From the human T2T-CHM13v2.0 reference genome, Homo sapiens: 64,000 bases of DNA. The stretch is from the NCBI RefSeq assembly GCF_009914755.1, contig NC_060947.1, one strand, 5' to 3'. Both the position numbers and the translations under genes were made by a program. This document shows, piece by piece, positions 1 to 14,179 of this stretch. How positions within the stretch are numbered: position 1 is the first letter of the stretch; each line of letters begins with the position of its first letter. The notes below the pieces were generated by a model that saw nothing but the letters and a program-made list of their open reading frames with translations, was not told the DNA's origin and made no database searches.

Positions 1-624
1 GGAGGTAGAGAGCTAGGGGAGAGAGGGAAGTGGGGCTCAATGTTCCTGGCTTCATTTCAGGGTGTGGAGATTAACTCAGTCAATCTCACTTGGCTGACAG
101 AAGCATTAATGCCAAAACCGGCAATTTCATCAGCATCAGTTACACAGAAGATGGGATTTCAGAGGAAAGCACGAGAAAAGGGAGAATGATGTATGTGATT
201 TTATTCAAATAATTAAAAACAAAGTTGGCAGTCTATCTTCCTGTCAAGAAGAATAAATATCAGACTATGGAGTTGGAAGAAGTGCAAGCAGCTTCCTCTG
301 CTCCATATTAACTTTGGTCCAATACAAACTTTAGAGCTGACTCTTCACACAAACAAAAATCCTTTTCCAATGATTCTCCCATGTGTTTTTTCAGTTACTC
401 TGTGCAGCAAGAGGACATGAGCCAGAGGTAAGTGTGGAGGAGGGTACCGGACTGAGCCACACTCACGCTGTTAGAGTGAGGGCCACAAATACTACTTCTC
501 TATAGCTGAGCAAAAGAAAGGACTCTAGAAATTTCCTTTCTCTCCTTATTTTCATCCTGTCCTCATAAGCGCAGGCCCTGAATCAAAGCAGGGCCTGGCC
601 CATAGTAGGAACTGCATAGATAAG

Positions 625-672
<48 letters not shown>
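625..672 (+). repeat. (TAGA)12 tetranucleotide STR
   Basis: Twelve perfect units followed by TACA TAGA. Confidence 0.97.
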
Positions 673-674
<2 letters not shown>

Positions 675-1515
675 CATAGATAATAAATATATAATGCATG
701 CATTTAAACATGGATTAAATTAACATGGGTTGGACTTAACTAATGACATATGCACATGGATGGATAATATTTATTAATGGATTCATTATCTTATATACTA
801 TATTTGCAGCCTAACTGAATTATAGCAGAAGCAGCATCGTAACTGAAAGTTCAAGAATCCCTTCTGAATGTCATAACATGGCTGCTATGTGTTCTAAATT
901 ATACCTTTCCAGAGAGTTTCTTTTTTATTAATTTTATTAATAAAAAATAAAAATTTGACTAGATTCACTAAAGGGTATTGCTCATAAAACATTTTAATAA
1001 ACATTTCTCTGTATTTCCAGTAAACTCTTAAATTGCTTTTTAACTACTTCCAAAACATTGAATTTAAGATGCAAAATGCTTCACTTTTACATCGAAACCT
1101 TTCTTTTTATTATTTAATGATTACAAGAGAAATGAATAATCCTCTCTGCATTTGTAACATGCCCAAGTCCAATTAGAGAGCAGAACTATTCTTCAGAAAA
1201 GTCCTAAATTGATTGGACTGCTGGGAGCCATACAAGGCAACAACAATATACATATCAACCTTAGGCAATGCAGGAAGGGAAACACTGCAAAGGTAATCAG
1301 ATGATTATGGAGGAACTCAGCTACTTAAAAATGGCACATTGTTGTCCAGATTGGAAGTGTGAGTGCTCTGAGCCTGTTAAAAGGTTCTTTCAGGCATCCA
1401 AAACCTCTTTGCCAAAAAATTAATAATCTTATTTAGTCTAATCCCACCAAGTTAGCCAAGTTGATGAAGACAGAAAAAGACTCAATTTTTGAAGGAGGTG
1501 GGAATTCGGATAATA

Positions 1516-1741
1516 CAAGTGTCAGCAGAGGTTTTCTGTGAAGGGCCATATAGAAAATATTTTTTTTGGCTTTGTGTACCATTTGGTCTCTGTCACAATC
1601 ACTCAACTTTGCCATTGTAGTGAATGCATCCATGGACAACATGCAAATTAATGGGCAAAGTTGTGTCCCAATAAAATTTTGTTTATAAAAGCAAGTGGGC
1701 AAGCTGGATTTGCTTCACAGGACATAGTTTGCTGACTCCTA
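1516..1741. mobile_element. MER58A-like hAT-Charlie DNA transposon
   Basis: TTTTCTGTGAAGGGCCATATAG...GGTCTCTGTCACAA...ATAGTTTGCTGACTCCT matches the MER58A consensus layout. Confidence 0.8.
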
Positions 1742-1978
1742 GAATATTATGTAGATGGCTCTCCAAAACAGACTGAAGCCTAAGAAAAGACGCAGATCTC
1801 AAGGTCAAGTTGAAAATTATAGTGTTTTTAAGTTCCTTGTATTTTAAAATGTGCTTAGCAGTACCTTTACTTCTTGTATAGATCTTATGGTGTTTGCCTT
1901 CCAATAGAATTTTCCTTAAATTCATCTTTTAGATGTGCATGTCTTTTATCAAATTGTCTGCATAAGCTTGAATTCAGT

Positions 1979-2001
1979 AAAAAAAAAAAAAAAAAAAAAA
2001 A
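1979..2001 (+). repeat. poly(A) tract
   Basis: About 23 consecutive A. Confidence 0.95.
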
Positions 2002-2419
2002 GAAAAGAAAATCATTTTAAGCATTCCAGGAATAAAGAAATTACTACAAGTATTAGTCACATGGATATTGGAATACCTGGGGTATTAGGGTCAAGAAAGT
2101 TTTGACCAACCATCAGAGCATCAGACACTGAATATTTTAGCCTGACACACCAAAGTGGGTGGTTAGCAAAAACTTGACAGAAAACTGCTCCCACTTGCAA
2201 GAATATCTGAGAAACCTTTGACTAACTGTTTCAGTTTGCACCAGCAGAGTATCTTGTTCTCATGTACTCCCTGCAAAGCCAATCTAAGTCTCCTGCCTGC
2301 CTACCATGTAGCTGCAACCACCCCAAGCATAATAGCTTTTGTTTATCTTTCAACCCTCCAAAAAATAGATTATGTTACTCTCTCTGGCAAACTAACTCAA
2401 GAATGCACAGGGAAAGGGA

Positions 2420-2950
2420 CAGAAAATATATAGCACTCTACTTCTCTCCTGCAATGCAGAAGAGCTCTTAGAAGAAAATGGTAGTGATATCTACTTGGCA
2501 ATGGACAATCCACCACAGTTTGCCCCTTTGTCAATGCAGCAGCCATACACACCCTTCTTACCCATTTTTAACTTCCATATAAAGTAAACCACATAATGTT
2601 TCTGTCCTACTTGATGCAACTATTCTTCATACATCCAAAACCCACTCACACTTTCCCCCAAAGTGAAGCCACAAAGTCCTATTTGTTATTTTATCCATAA
2701 CTGGTTGATCTTTATTTGCCTTCTAGGTCGGTCACAATAGCTGTTTATCCTGCAATTTAAATATTGAAATATGGGCTTAACTCACCCCTTATATTCTGTG
2801 ACAGACAGAGGAATACAGGACAAATATCATTAATATGTACAGATATATTCATATCAAATAAGGAAGAAAATATACCTATTACAATCTGCATTTCTACATC
2901 TGATCACATGGCCCTTGTTAGTATCTACAATTTTATTTTTCTACTACTCA
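2420..2950 (-). mobile_element. Degraded ERVL internal-like fragment
   Basis: AAATAAGGAAGAAAATA...GATCACATGG...CTACTACTCAT resembles the ERVL-int 3' region in antisense; highly diverged. Confidence 0.45.
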
Positions 2951-3787
2951 TGGGGATCTTAGACACCCAGAAGAGTCAAATGAGGTCATTGTCCATCCTG
3001 AAGGCCAAGTTGGGATTTGCAATTCTCCAGTCATCACCAGGTGATGTGTGATAGTCCAGTTCAGGTCTCCCTAACTGCCGGGGTACCTAAGAGAGCCCAA
3101 CGCCTCACCTGCTCAAGTCACCCACTTCTGGGCAGTTTCCTGGCTCAAAGGAGGCAAACAGCCTACAGTCGGAAGTTCCAAGGAGGGGAAGAGATCCACC
3201 CATGCTTCTGTATTCTCATATACACTCCTCCCACCTGTGACTCTCATTTTTTAACCTTTAAATCTGGTCCCTGGTCCACTTGAGTGGTATAAAGTCTAAC
3301 TCTGTCTCTCCCACTCACTGTGAAATCCAATAGATTTTACAGAGAATATCTTCATTCAAATTACACCTAAAAGGCATGTATTAACTCTCTTTGATCTAAG
3401 CTGGATAGTGGAGTTGATTACAGGCTGGGGTTCATGGATTTAGATTCTGCATGAACACATTTTGCTTTGTACCAAGAAAAAGCCTATTTCAGGACTTCAA
3501 AGTCTAACTCCTCCTGGCCAGCCAGTTCTCAATGTGTGCTGGTGGTCAAGGGCAAGGATAGTTTGTGTGATGTTTCAGTGCAATCCCTCCCTCATTCCTA
3601 AGAAACCAAAACAGAAAAATTTTCCCTTAATGATAGACTTACTGGGCAAGAGATAATGAGATTCTTCTTTATTTAAAAAAATGGTCAAAATGTTAGTATC
3701 ATCTGAATAAGCTTAGTCAATAAAACTCCCCAAATACCCAGGCTAGAATGCCCATTTCGAAATTATCTCCCTATCCCACATGCAGGT

Positions 3788-3790
<3 letters not shown>

Positions 3791-3822
<32 letters not shown>
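3791..3822 (+). repeat. (CA)16 microsatellite
   Basis: Read directly. Confidence 0.97.
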
Positions 3823-3825
<3 letters not shown>

Positions 3826-3934
3826 TTTTCTTAACCTCAATGCAATAAAGATCTGGGGATATTGAGTATCAAGATCTTTGGAATGTCAGAGTAAGGCACC
3901 AGAATTCTTGTTTGCATGAGGACTTTCTAGAGGT

Positions 3935-4165
3935 CAGTGTTCCTCTAACTCTCTTAATGATAAGAAGCATCAATGACACTTGTTAAAAATACAGCTTCTC
4001 AAGTGCCTCTCCTGGAAATTCTAACTCAGTGGAAGGGAGCTATGCTCCGTCCCTGGGAAAGCTTTAGAAAAAATACAGATTTCTAGGTCCCCAACCCAAA
4101 CACACTGAACCTGAATTTCTAGGAATGGGCCCAGGAAACTGTGGTTGTAAAAAGTTCCTTGGGAT
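3935..4165. mobile_element. MER5-family hAT-Charlie remnant(s)
   Basis: CTTGTTAAAAATACAG...ATTCTAACTCAGT and ACTGAACCTGAATTTCTAGG...GGGCCCAGGAA motifs. Confidence 0.6.
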
Positions 4166-4249
4166 ATTAAACAAAAATTAGTCAGCTTTGGGGTTTGCTA
4201 GGAGAAATAGTCAAGATTTTAGGACTGATTGTCAGATTCTAAGACTAAG

Positions 4250-4596
<347 letters not shown>

Positions 4597-5905
4597 CAGA
4601 TTCTAAGAATAAGATTCTTAAGCAAAGAGTCTTAAAGCCAGAGTCAATCTCAAGGGAAGGTTGATGTGTGTTTCTGAGCAAACAGGAAATTACCATGAAG
4701 TAGAAAGACGGAGAAAATGCATTGGCCCACCAAGGTTCACTCTCCTTGCTTTTTTTATTTAAAAAAAAAAAAAAATCTCCTCTGCCTTTCTCCAATCTGG
4801 CTGCAGTCCTATTTGAACATTTGAGCAGTTAAATAAGGCTTTAAACACTTCCCTCTAATCAATCAGCAAATTATTTCCTTCTCCTCAAGATGTCACTTTC
4901 AATTTTAAAAAAGACATATGCCGTTTTTCTCTTGACATTTTAAGTTTTTCAAATTTCAGAAAATGTTCAATAATAGCAAAATAAACAACCATATACCTAA
5001 ATTCACCAATTGCTCATATTTTGCCACATTTGCTTTGTTCTCTCTCTCTCTATTTGAGTGTAAGATGAAGCTGATCTCACAGTACTTCATCCCTAAATTC
5101 TTCAGCATACACTCTTATGAACAAGATATTATCTTATTATCCTACTAAACCACAACACTGATACCACACTGAGAAATTTAATATTGATAAAATAACATTA
5201 CTTAATGTTATTTTAAGTATTTTATGTTATTTAAATGTTAAACATTTAAATGTTACTTAAAATAACATTATTTAATATACAATCCATATTTATTCTTCAT
5301 ATTCACCGAATCATGTACTTCATGACTGCTTTCAAAAAATCATCCAAGATCCAATAAAGGATTACCTATTGCATTTAGTACACCAGGAGAGGGAATCTTG
5401 GAGGTCATCTTAGTATTCCGCCTATCACAAATTAGCTTATTACTCCTTGGTAATACTCTGCTATGAAGTCTACTGTGTTTGATATTAAGATAGCCACTCC
5501 AGCTTTCTTTTGATTAGTCTTGTTTCTTTCCATCCACTTTTACCTATTTCCATCTTTATATTTAAAGTTAGATAATTGTAGGCAGCATGTAGTTGAATCT
5601 TGCTTTTCTATCCAATCTGATAATCTCTGCATTTAAATTGGAACGTTTAGGCCATTTATATTGAAAGTGATTATTAATATGATTAGACTTAAGCATATCA
5701 TCTTGCTCTCTGTTTTCTATTTGTCTCATCTGTTCTTTGTTCTCTTTTTCCTCTTCCTTTGCCAACTTTTCAATTAATTATTTACTGTGGTTCTATTTTA
5801 TCTCCTCTGTTAACATACTCATTAAAATCCTTTGTTTTGTTATTTTGGTCACTGATTTAGGTTTCATAGTGTACATCTTTAACTTATCACAGTCTAACTT
5901 CAAGT

Positions 5906-7663
5906 GTTTTTATTTTTTTTTTAGAAACTTTTATTTTAGGTTCGGGGTACATGTAAAGGTTTCTTACATAGGTAAACTCATGTCATGGGGTTTATTGTAC
6001 TTATTATTTCATCACCCAGGTATTAAGCCCAGTACCCAATAGTTATCTTTTCTGCTCCTCTCCCTCCTCCCACCCTCCACCCTCAAGTAGGCCTCAGTAT
6101 CTGATGTTTCCTTCTTTGTGCTCATAAGTTTTCACCATTTAGCTACCACTTATAAGTGAGAATATATGGAATTTGGTTTTCTGTTCCTGCATTAGTTTGC
6201 TAAGGATAGTAGCCTCCAGCTCCATGCATGTTCCTGCAAAAGACATAATCTCATTTTTTATGGCTGCATAGTATTCCATGGTGTATATGTACCACATTTT
6301 CTTTTTCCAATCTGTCATTGATTGGCATTTATGTTGATTTCATGTCTTCACTATTGCGAATATTGCTGCAATGAACATTAACGTGCATGTGTCTTCATGG
6401 TAGAATGATTTATATTACACTGAGTATATACCCAGTAATGGGATTGCTATGTTGAATGGTAGTTCTGCTTTTAGCTCCTTGAGAAATCACCATGCTGCTT
6501 TCCACAATGGTTGAACTAATTTACACTCCCACCAACAGTTTATAAATGTTCCCTGTTCTCTGCAACCTCACCAGCCTCTGTTATTTTTTGACTTTTTAAT
6601 AATAGCCATTCTGACTGGTGTAAGATGGTATCTCATTGTGGTTTTTATTGCATTTCTCTAATGATCAGTAACACTGAGCTTTTTTTCATATGCATGTTGG
6701 CTGCATGGATGTCTTCTTTAGAAAAGTATCACAGAAAGAATAAAACACCTAAGAATACAGCTAACCAGGGAGGTGAAAGGTGTCTACAATGAGAACTATA
6801 AAACACTACTCAAAGAAATCAGAGATGACACAAGCAAATGGAAAAACATCCCATGCTCATGGATAGGAACAATCAATGTCATTAAAATGGCCATACTGCC
6901 CAAAGCAGTTTACAGATTCAATGCTATTCTTGTCAAGCTGCCAATGACATTCTTCACAGAACTAGAAAAAACTATTTTAAAATTCATATGGAACCGAAAA
7001 AGAGCCCGAATATCCAAGGCAATCATAAGCAAAAAGAACAAAGCTGGAGGCATCACGTTACCTGACTTCAAACTATACTACAGGGTCACAATAACCAAAA
7101 CAGCATGCATGGTACTGGTAAAAAACAAGCACACAGACCAATGGAACAGAATAGAGAAACCAGAAATAAGGCCACACACCTACTACCATCTGATCTTTGA
7201 CAAAGCTGACAAAAACAAGCAATGGGGAAAAGACTCTATTCAATAAATGGTGCTGGAGTAACTGACTAGCCATATGCAGAAGATTGAAGCTGGACTCCTT
7301 CCTTATACCACATACAAAAATCAACTCAAGATGGATTAAAGACTTAAATGTAAAACCCAAAACTTTAAAACCTCTGGAAAATAACCTAGGCAATACCATC
7401 CTGGACATAAGAACAGGCAAAGATTTCATGACAAAGACACCAAAAGCAATCATAACAAAAGCAAAAATTGACAAGTGGGATCTAATTAAACTTAAGAGCT
7501 TCTGTACAGCAAAATAAACTAACAACAGAGTAATGAAACAATCTACAGAGTGGGAGAAAATATTTGCAAACTATGCATGTGACCAAGGTCTAATATCCAG
7601 CATCTATAAGGAACTTAAATTTTTAAAAGAAAAACAAACAACCCCATTAAAAAGTGGGCAAAA
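5906..7663 (-). mobile_element. L1PB/old L1PA with 5' inversion (3' end antisense at 5906-6730, ORF2 segment in + orientation at 6731-7663)
   Basis: ORF2 peptides ([24 protein letters not shown]; [11 protein letters not shown]) on + abut an antisense L1 3' end with poly(T). Confidence 0.9.
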
Positions 7664-7799
7664 TGGTGATTATTACACCATTTCTTATATAGCAGAAGAA
7701 GCTTCCAATAGTATATTTCTATTTCTCCCCCTCCCAATCTTTGTGCTGCTGTTACCATACATTTACTTCTACCTATGTTATAATACACATATGACAGGA

Positions 7800-8098
7800 T
7801 TAATTTTTTTTAATTATACTTTAAGGTCTGAGATACATGTGCAGAACGTGCAGGTTTGTTACATAGGTATACATGTACCATGGTGGTTTGCTGCACCCAT
7901 CAACTCATCATCTACATTAGGTATTTCTCCTAATGCTATCCCTCCCCTTGTCCTAAATACTAACTGACTGGCCCCGGTGTGTGACGTTCCCCTCCCTGTG
8001 CCCACATGTTCTCATTGTTCAACTCCCACTTATGAATGAGAACATGTGGTGTTTGGTTTTCTGTTCCTGTGTTAATTTGCTGAGACTGATGGTTTCCA
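7800..8098 (-). mobile_element. 5'-truncated L1PA 3' end
   Basis: TTATACTTTAAG...ACATGTGCAGAACGTGCAGGTTTGTTACATAGG, the antisense L1PA 3' terminus. Confidence 0.9.
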
Positions 8099-11000
8099 GG
8101 GTTATTATTTTTATTTAAGCATTCAATTATCTCTTAAAGAAATTTAATAGTAAGAAAAAAACTCTTGTATACTTATCACATATAGTGACCATTTTGAATG
8201 CATTCTTTCTCTTTGTGTAGATATAATTCCATTTGTTATCAGTTTCCTTGTGCCTGATTTTTTTTTAACTTTTCTCATAGTGTGGGGCTGCTGGTGGTAA
8301 ATTCTTTCAGACTTTGATGTCTAAAAGTCTTTCACCTTTATTTTTGAAAAATAGCCTCATTGGGTATAGAATTCTAGGTTGACAGGTTTTTTTTTTGTTT
8401 GTTTGCTTGTTTGTTTTGTCCCACCCGCCCCTGGTATTTCGAAGATGCAAATCCACTGTCTTCTTGATTGCATTGTTTCCAGTGAGAAATCTGCTGTCAT
8501 CTTTATCTTTGTTCCTCTGTATGCAATGTATCTTTAGTGTCTTTATTTCTCTGGATGCTTTTATGACTTTTTCTTCATCAGAGGTTTAGTTAAATTTGAC
8601 TATGATGTGTCTTAGTGTCATTTTCTTCTTTTTTATGCTTTAGGTTTATTGACCTACTTAGATATGTGAGTTTATAGTTTTATATTTTTGGCTATTGTAT
8701 TGAAATTTTTTCCTATAATCCCTCTTCCCCCTTCAGGGAATCCAATTGCACATATATCTTAGGCTGTGTGAAGTTATCACACAGATCACTGATGTGCTGT
8801 TCATTTAAACAATTTTTCTGTATGTTTTATTTTGGATAGCTTTTATTGACATATCTTCACATTCACTAACCTTTTCTTCTACAATGTCTACTCTGTCACT
8901 ATTCCCATGTGGTCTACTTTGTCTCCAACATTGCAGTTTTGGTCTCTAGAAGTTTGAATTGGGTCTTTTCTATATCTTCCATGTCTCTACCTAACTTTTT
9001 GATCCATTTGGGTCTTGCTCTTAAGATTTGTTAGGCGGGGCCAGAGTTGTGTTTAGAACGAATTATTCTTCCATTATTGAGGCAAGATCCTTCAGAGTTT
9101 ACCATCTAATGCTTCATGAATTATGAGGTTTTCTAAGTCTTGCTGGTGGAATAGGCACTATTCCCATGCCAGTGAGAGTGCTGCATATCACTGCCTGTAA
9201 TCCTTTCAGGTCATTATTTCTCTGGTTCTGGGTAGCATCCTCACATGAATACACTGTCAGTACTGTGATGGATATTCTGCAGGTATCCAGAGTCCTATCT
9301 CTGGGCAGCTCTCTCCTCCCTGGTACTCTTTTCTGTGAATTCTAGCCTTGTTGTTCTCCCTGGACTCTCAGCTCCACCTCCTCATATCATGGAGTTCATC
9401 AAGCTCCACCGACCCCCTTCCCCAGCATGATGGTCTGGAAATTCTCCCAAGGCAGTAAGCTTGGGAAATCATAGAGTTCACTTCATTTATCATCTCTCAA
9501 GGACCACTGTCCTTCATTAGCTGATATTAGTGTCTTGAAAATCACTACTTCATATATTTTGTGTAGTTTTTTTTGTGTTATTTCAGGTAAGAGGGTAAAT
9601 CTGGACCTTGTTATTCTATACTAGTCTGAAGTACAAGTCCATCATTTTTAGTTTTGTTCTGTTTGTTTTGTTTTAAACAATAAATAAATTAGGTCAATCT
9701 CTTGGGGACCTTCACTATACAACATTCTTTTAACCTACTTTATTATACTCCCTATTTTAGAAAACCATGCCAACAAACACATTTCAAATGTTGATTAGTC
9801 AGAAGTTTCACAAAGTTAGGTGGTTCTTTCCTTAATTAATCAGAAGAGTAAACTTTTCTTGTAATAACTCACACAAAATCCATGCTGATTTATAAACAAT
9901 ATCATCATAAAGCTAATATCAAATACAAATAAATCATAGATAGCCTAAGTATTGAAACATTTTAGACATTTATCAAAGAGTTGGAATACTATAAATCAGC
10001 TCAATATTCAGAATCCCCAGAGTCAACATTCTAGCTCCCACATGATTTTTTTGGTGTCTGTTTATTTAGAACACAGGCTGAGTTCACTATGAACAGCTTC
10101 AAACTGAAAAGGTGAGAGTTAAGTACATTTCAGTGTTTGTAGTTTTTTCCTTCTCAGCTTTCTTCCATCAAGGCTCTTCAGATCATTGCTGTCAAAGTCT
10201 GTCTCCCTCCTTCATTTTTTAGCCCTGTTATAGTCTATCTTCGGCATAACTATATCCTGTTATAGTCTATCTTCGGCATAACTTCTAACTCTGAGTCCTT
10301 TACCCACCATTAGTTGGGGTCTGGTTTGCTTGCAAAGAATGCATCATTCCACCATTGTAAGCATGTATGTACATGTAAACAAAACAGAACAAAATCCTTG
10401 ATAGGACAAATCTCACTGCAACTGATACCATCATAATAAAAATTTTCATATAATACAGGTTTTTCAATCTCAAATATTGATTCCATTTATTTTAAGTAAT
10501 GTTGAATACACACACACACACAAAGAATTTTATAGGACAGATAAAAATGGCTTTCAACTGGTATAAGACAGTGGATTAAAGTATCAGAAGGACCTGGGTT
10601 CCACTTTTGCTCTACCCTTACTGTGATTCCCTTATCATGTTATTTAATATCTCTAAGCATCAATTTCCTCATTGGTAAAATGTACACAATTATAATTTTA
10701 TCAAGAAAAATTATCTAAAAGTTGAATAAGGTTAAAAGGGTGCGGCATGACCTTTCAAAATTTTACCAGAGCACTGACTGGTGCTAAAAGTTACTTCATT
10801 ATCTAGGGAATGTACCTGTGTTTGACTTTCTATTTTCTATTTGGTTAGAATTTAGATGACTGAAGTTACGTTAATTCATAAATTTCTATCCAATAGAAAA
10901 GATAACATCAAATACTGTGGTTTTATTGCTTTGAAGGATATTAACCAGTTTTAAATGTAGCCTCAAAATCTTATTCAACACTTTTTTTTCCCTCAAAATG

Positions 11001-11666
11001 TCTATAAATACCAGATTCCTCAAAATGCTCTTGGAATTAGTTTAATTTTGTAATGGTTCCAATCATTAATGAGTTAAATGACTGTTTGGAATGTTTTCAT
11101 TCCGTATGTATATGACATTCATGTTTTTAACTTGTTAAAAATTATACTTTAACCGTACCTATATCATCAGGTTGTTACGATAATTAAATAAAAATTAATA
11201 TAAAGTAATTAATAAGGCCCTAACACATTTTAATCAATGAATGTTAGCTATTGTTATTATCTATTATTAAATGAAGTTTGGTTCACAAGAAATAAAAAAT
11301 ATATTATATGCCAAACTTCACCTATAGATACCCATGAGGTTAAAACAAAATAAATAAAACAAAGAGAATATTGATTTCCTTTGGGACTTTTGAGTCTTCC
11401 AGTGTCTAGCCCAAGGAATCAAGCTTTTGAATCAGTAGCCATTTTCATGGATGATGCTGGGACTTATATTTATTGGGATACATAATCATAAACAGAATAA
11501 ATATTGTCTCATAAAGAAAAAGAAATATAATTTTCCCACTTCACATGACTGATAATAGATAAAATAGCTAAAAATTGATTAAAGTAAAAATTAATATTTT
11601 TCCTTTAAATCCTGCCTTGATACACCCAACTGCTATCTTTCATTTTATTTCCTTTAATTTTAATGA

Positions 11667-12018
<352 letters not shown>

Positions 12019-12979
12019 TTTCCAAAAGTTTTGAATAGCTATATCCTTCACTCCTTCGTGTGATTTCAACAACTGCTAAATACAGTGGTGACTTCCCTCC
12101 AAAAAAATTGTCCCCTAAAAGAAAGTAAAAAATAAGAGGGCTGCATGATCAATTTCTCCAATTTCATTATGATTTTGGTTCCTGTTTATGCTCGAATAAC
12201 TTTCTCAGATTATAAATCCTCAAAAAGAACTCAGTCAATTTTAGGTTTTGGGGGTTTCTTTATTTTTTAGATACTGGCCCAGGAGTTAAATCAGCTTTGG
12301 CTCAGAGGAACCAATTGAATTGAATCAACTGAATAATTGAATAAACATTGAAACAGCACTCCAGAAGCAATTCCTATCCATACTGATGTCTAAAGAACAA
12401 TGAAAAAGCATCTATAGAAAGAAATACAAGTACTGGAGCTAAAAATTTCCACATACAAATGAAACTGGGATTTACTCTGCACTGTACACAAAACCAGAGC
12501 CTGGGTCATCAAATACTTTTTAAATACCTTCAAATATTGAAACACAATGCAGGAACCTACTTAATTCATTTTAAAAAGCAAATAAATGAATATAGAGACT
12601 TACATCAAGGTTAAACATTCAGCTGTTGTTCAGTTCCAGTGAACCAAAGAAGTGTACACTGAATTTAAAATAAAATGAAGACACATAATATATGAGGTAC
12701 TGAAGTGCTCTTTACATTTGCAGAGCTAGCTTATGCTTCCAGACAAGTTCAGACATACATGTACATGGATACACACATACTTGTGTATATGCGCATGCAT
12801 TTATACATATGTGTAATATATGTATATATATTCACACACACACACATTTCCTAACCAAAAAGGAAAGGCTTATTGTTTTCATGTTGAGCCTTTGAAATAA
12901 GACATTAGCACTGAGCAAGTGGAGAAATCAGAGTGGAAGTAGCCATCATTCAACATTACTCCCAGATCCTTGCCACTCA

Positions 12980-13725
12980 AAATGTTGTCTCTGGCTCAGC
13001 AGCAACAGTATCATCTGGCACCTAGTTAGAACCACCCCACACCTCTCAGAACAGAACCCAAGTTTTTACCAGATTGCCTAATTTATGTGTCCAAATTAAA
13101 GTTTGAGAAGTGCTGCCCTGGATATGTGCTGTCCATTACCAAAGTTACTAGCCACATGTATCTGTTCAGCTATTGAAATGTACTTATTGAGACTGAGAGA
13201 TTGCATTGTAAAAATTTAATGAATTAAAATTTAAAAACTCATACTCAATTCAGTTATTGGAATACTTTTCAATACGTTTGAAACAACTTAGGTACACGAA
13301 TCTAAATATAGATAAGTATTTCTGGTGAAAATATAGCATCCAAATTAAGAAGTAAGCATAAAATACACACCAGATTTCAAAGACTTAGTATAAAAACATT
13401 TACGTAAAACATGTCATTGAAAATTTTATGATTACAGGTTAAAATGATAAAATTTCAGATATGTTGGGTTACATTAAATATGTTCTTAAAATTCATGTGC
13501 TTGTCTTTTACTTTTCAAATGTGACTACTAGGAAACTGCAGCTCACATTCTATTTCTACTGGACAGCATTCCTTTCGATCCATGGTTCTCAAATGTAAAA
13601 TTAGTGCCTGGCTCCCACTCCCAGATATTCTGGTAAAATTGGTCTGGGGTTGAACTGAGCATTGGGATTTTTAAACTCTTCCTGGTGATTCCATTGAGCT
13701 TCCAAAGTTTGAGAACCACCACCCT
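12980..13725. mobile_element. Cluster of hAT-Charlie elements (MER5-like, MER33/Charlie1-like at ~13125-13570, MER5-like)
   Basis: Termini GTGCTGTCCA...CTGGACAGCA; TTTGAGAAGTGCTG and TTTGAGAACCAC MER5 ends. Confidence 0.7.
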
Positions 13726-14096
13726 GGATTAATAACAGATTCATTAATTCTGACTAATAAATAATGGCCTCATAAAGTCTTTATATCTTTTGGGAACTCC
13801 CATCATTCTTCAACTAAAATATAGAGCTGGGAAAGTAGTACCATTTCTTAAGATCAAAAGGCTGGAAGTTTGGGTGATATTATTCTCCTTCAACTTCAGG
13901 CAGAGTTAAATATACCCAACCAGATGAAAATCAATGTTCTTTAATATCTTCAGAAACTGGCCACCAGTTATTTCAGCAGTTCATTTCTATATCTAATGTA
14001 GTGGATCTTAGACTTCTGTGCATTTAGAATAATCTCCTTGATAGTTTGTTCAAAAGCAGATTGCTGGGCCTTAGTGAGTCACAGGAGTTCTGTGGT

Positions 14097-14179
14097 AGGG
14101 TGACCAAGTGTCCTGATTTGCCTGGGACTTTTCTGGGAATTGCTCGGTCCTGGGCAAAGAGGGGCAGTGGATCACCCTA
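14097..14179. mobile_element. MER81-like hAT-Blackjack MITE
   Basis: TIRs TAGGGTGACCA ... TGGATCACCCTA. Confidence 0.75.

Larger units (their letters stand above)
5450..9640 (-). mobile_element. Old L1M element hosting two younger L1 insertions
   Basis: T-rich antisense L1 ORF/5' remnants at ~5450-5905, ~7665-7795 and ~8100-9640. The minus-strand ORF 5568-5765 resembles a decayed ORF2 endonuclease start. Confidence 0.7.

Noticed and set aside
6773-7525. ORFs of 157, 150 and 77 aa
   Set aside because: Frameshifted L1 ORF2 remnants and their antisense; not an intact gene.
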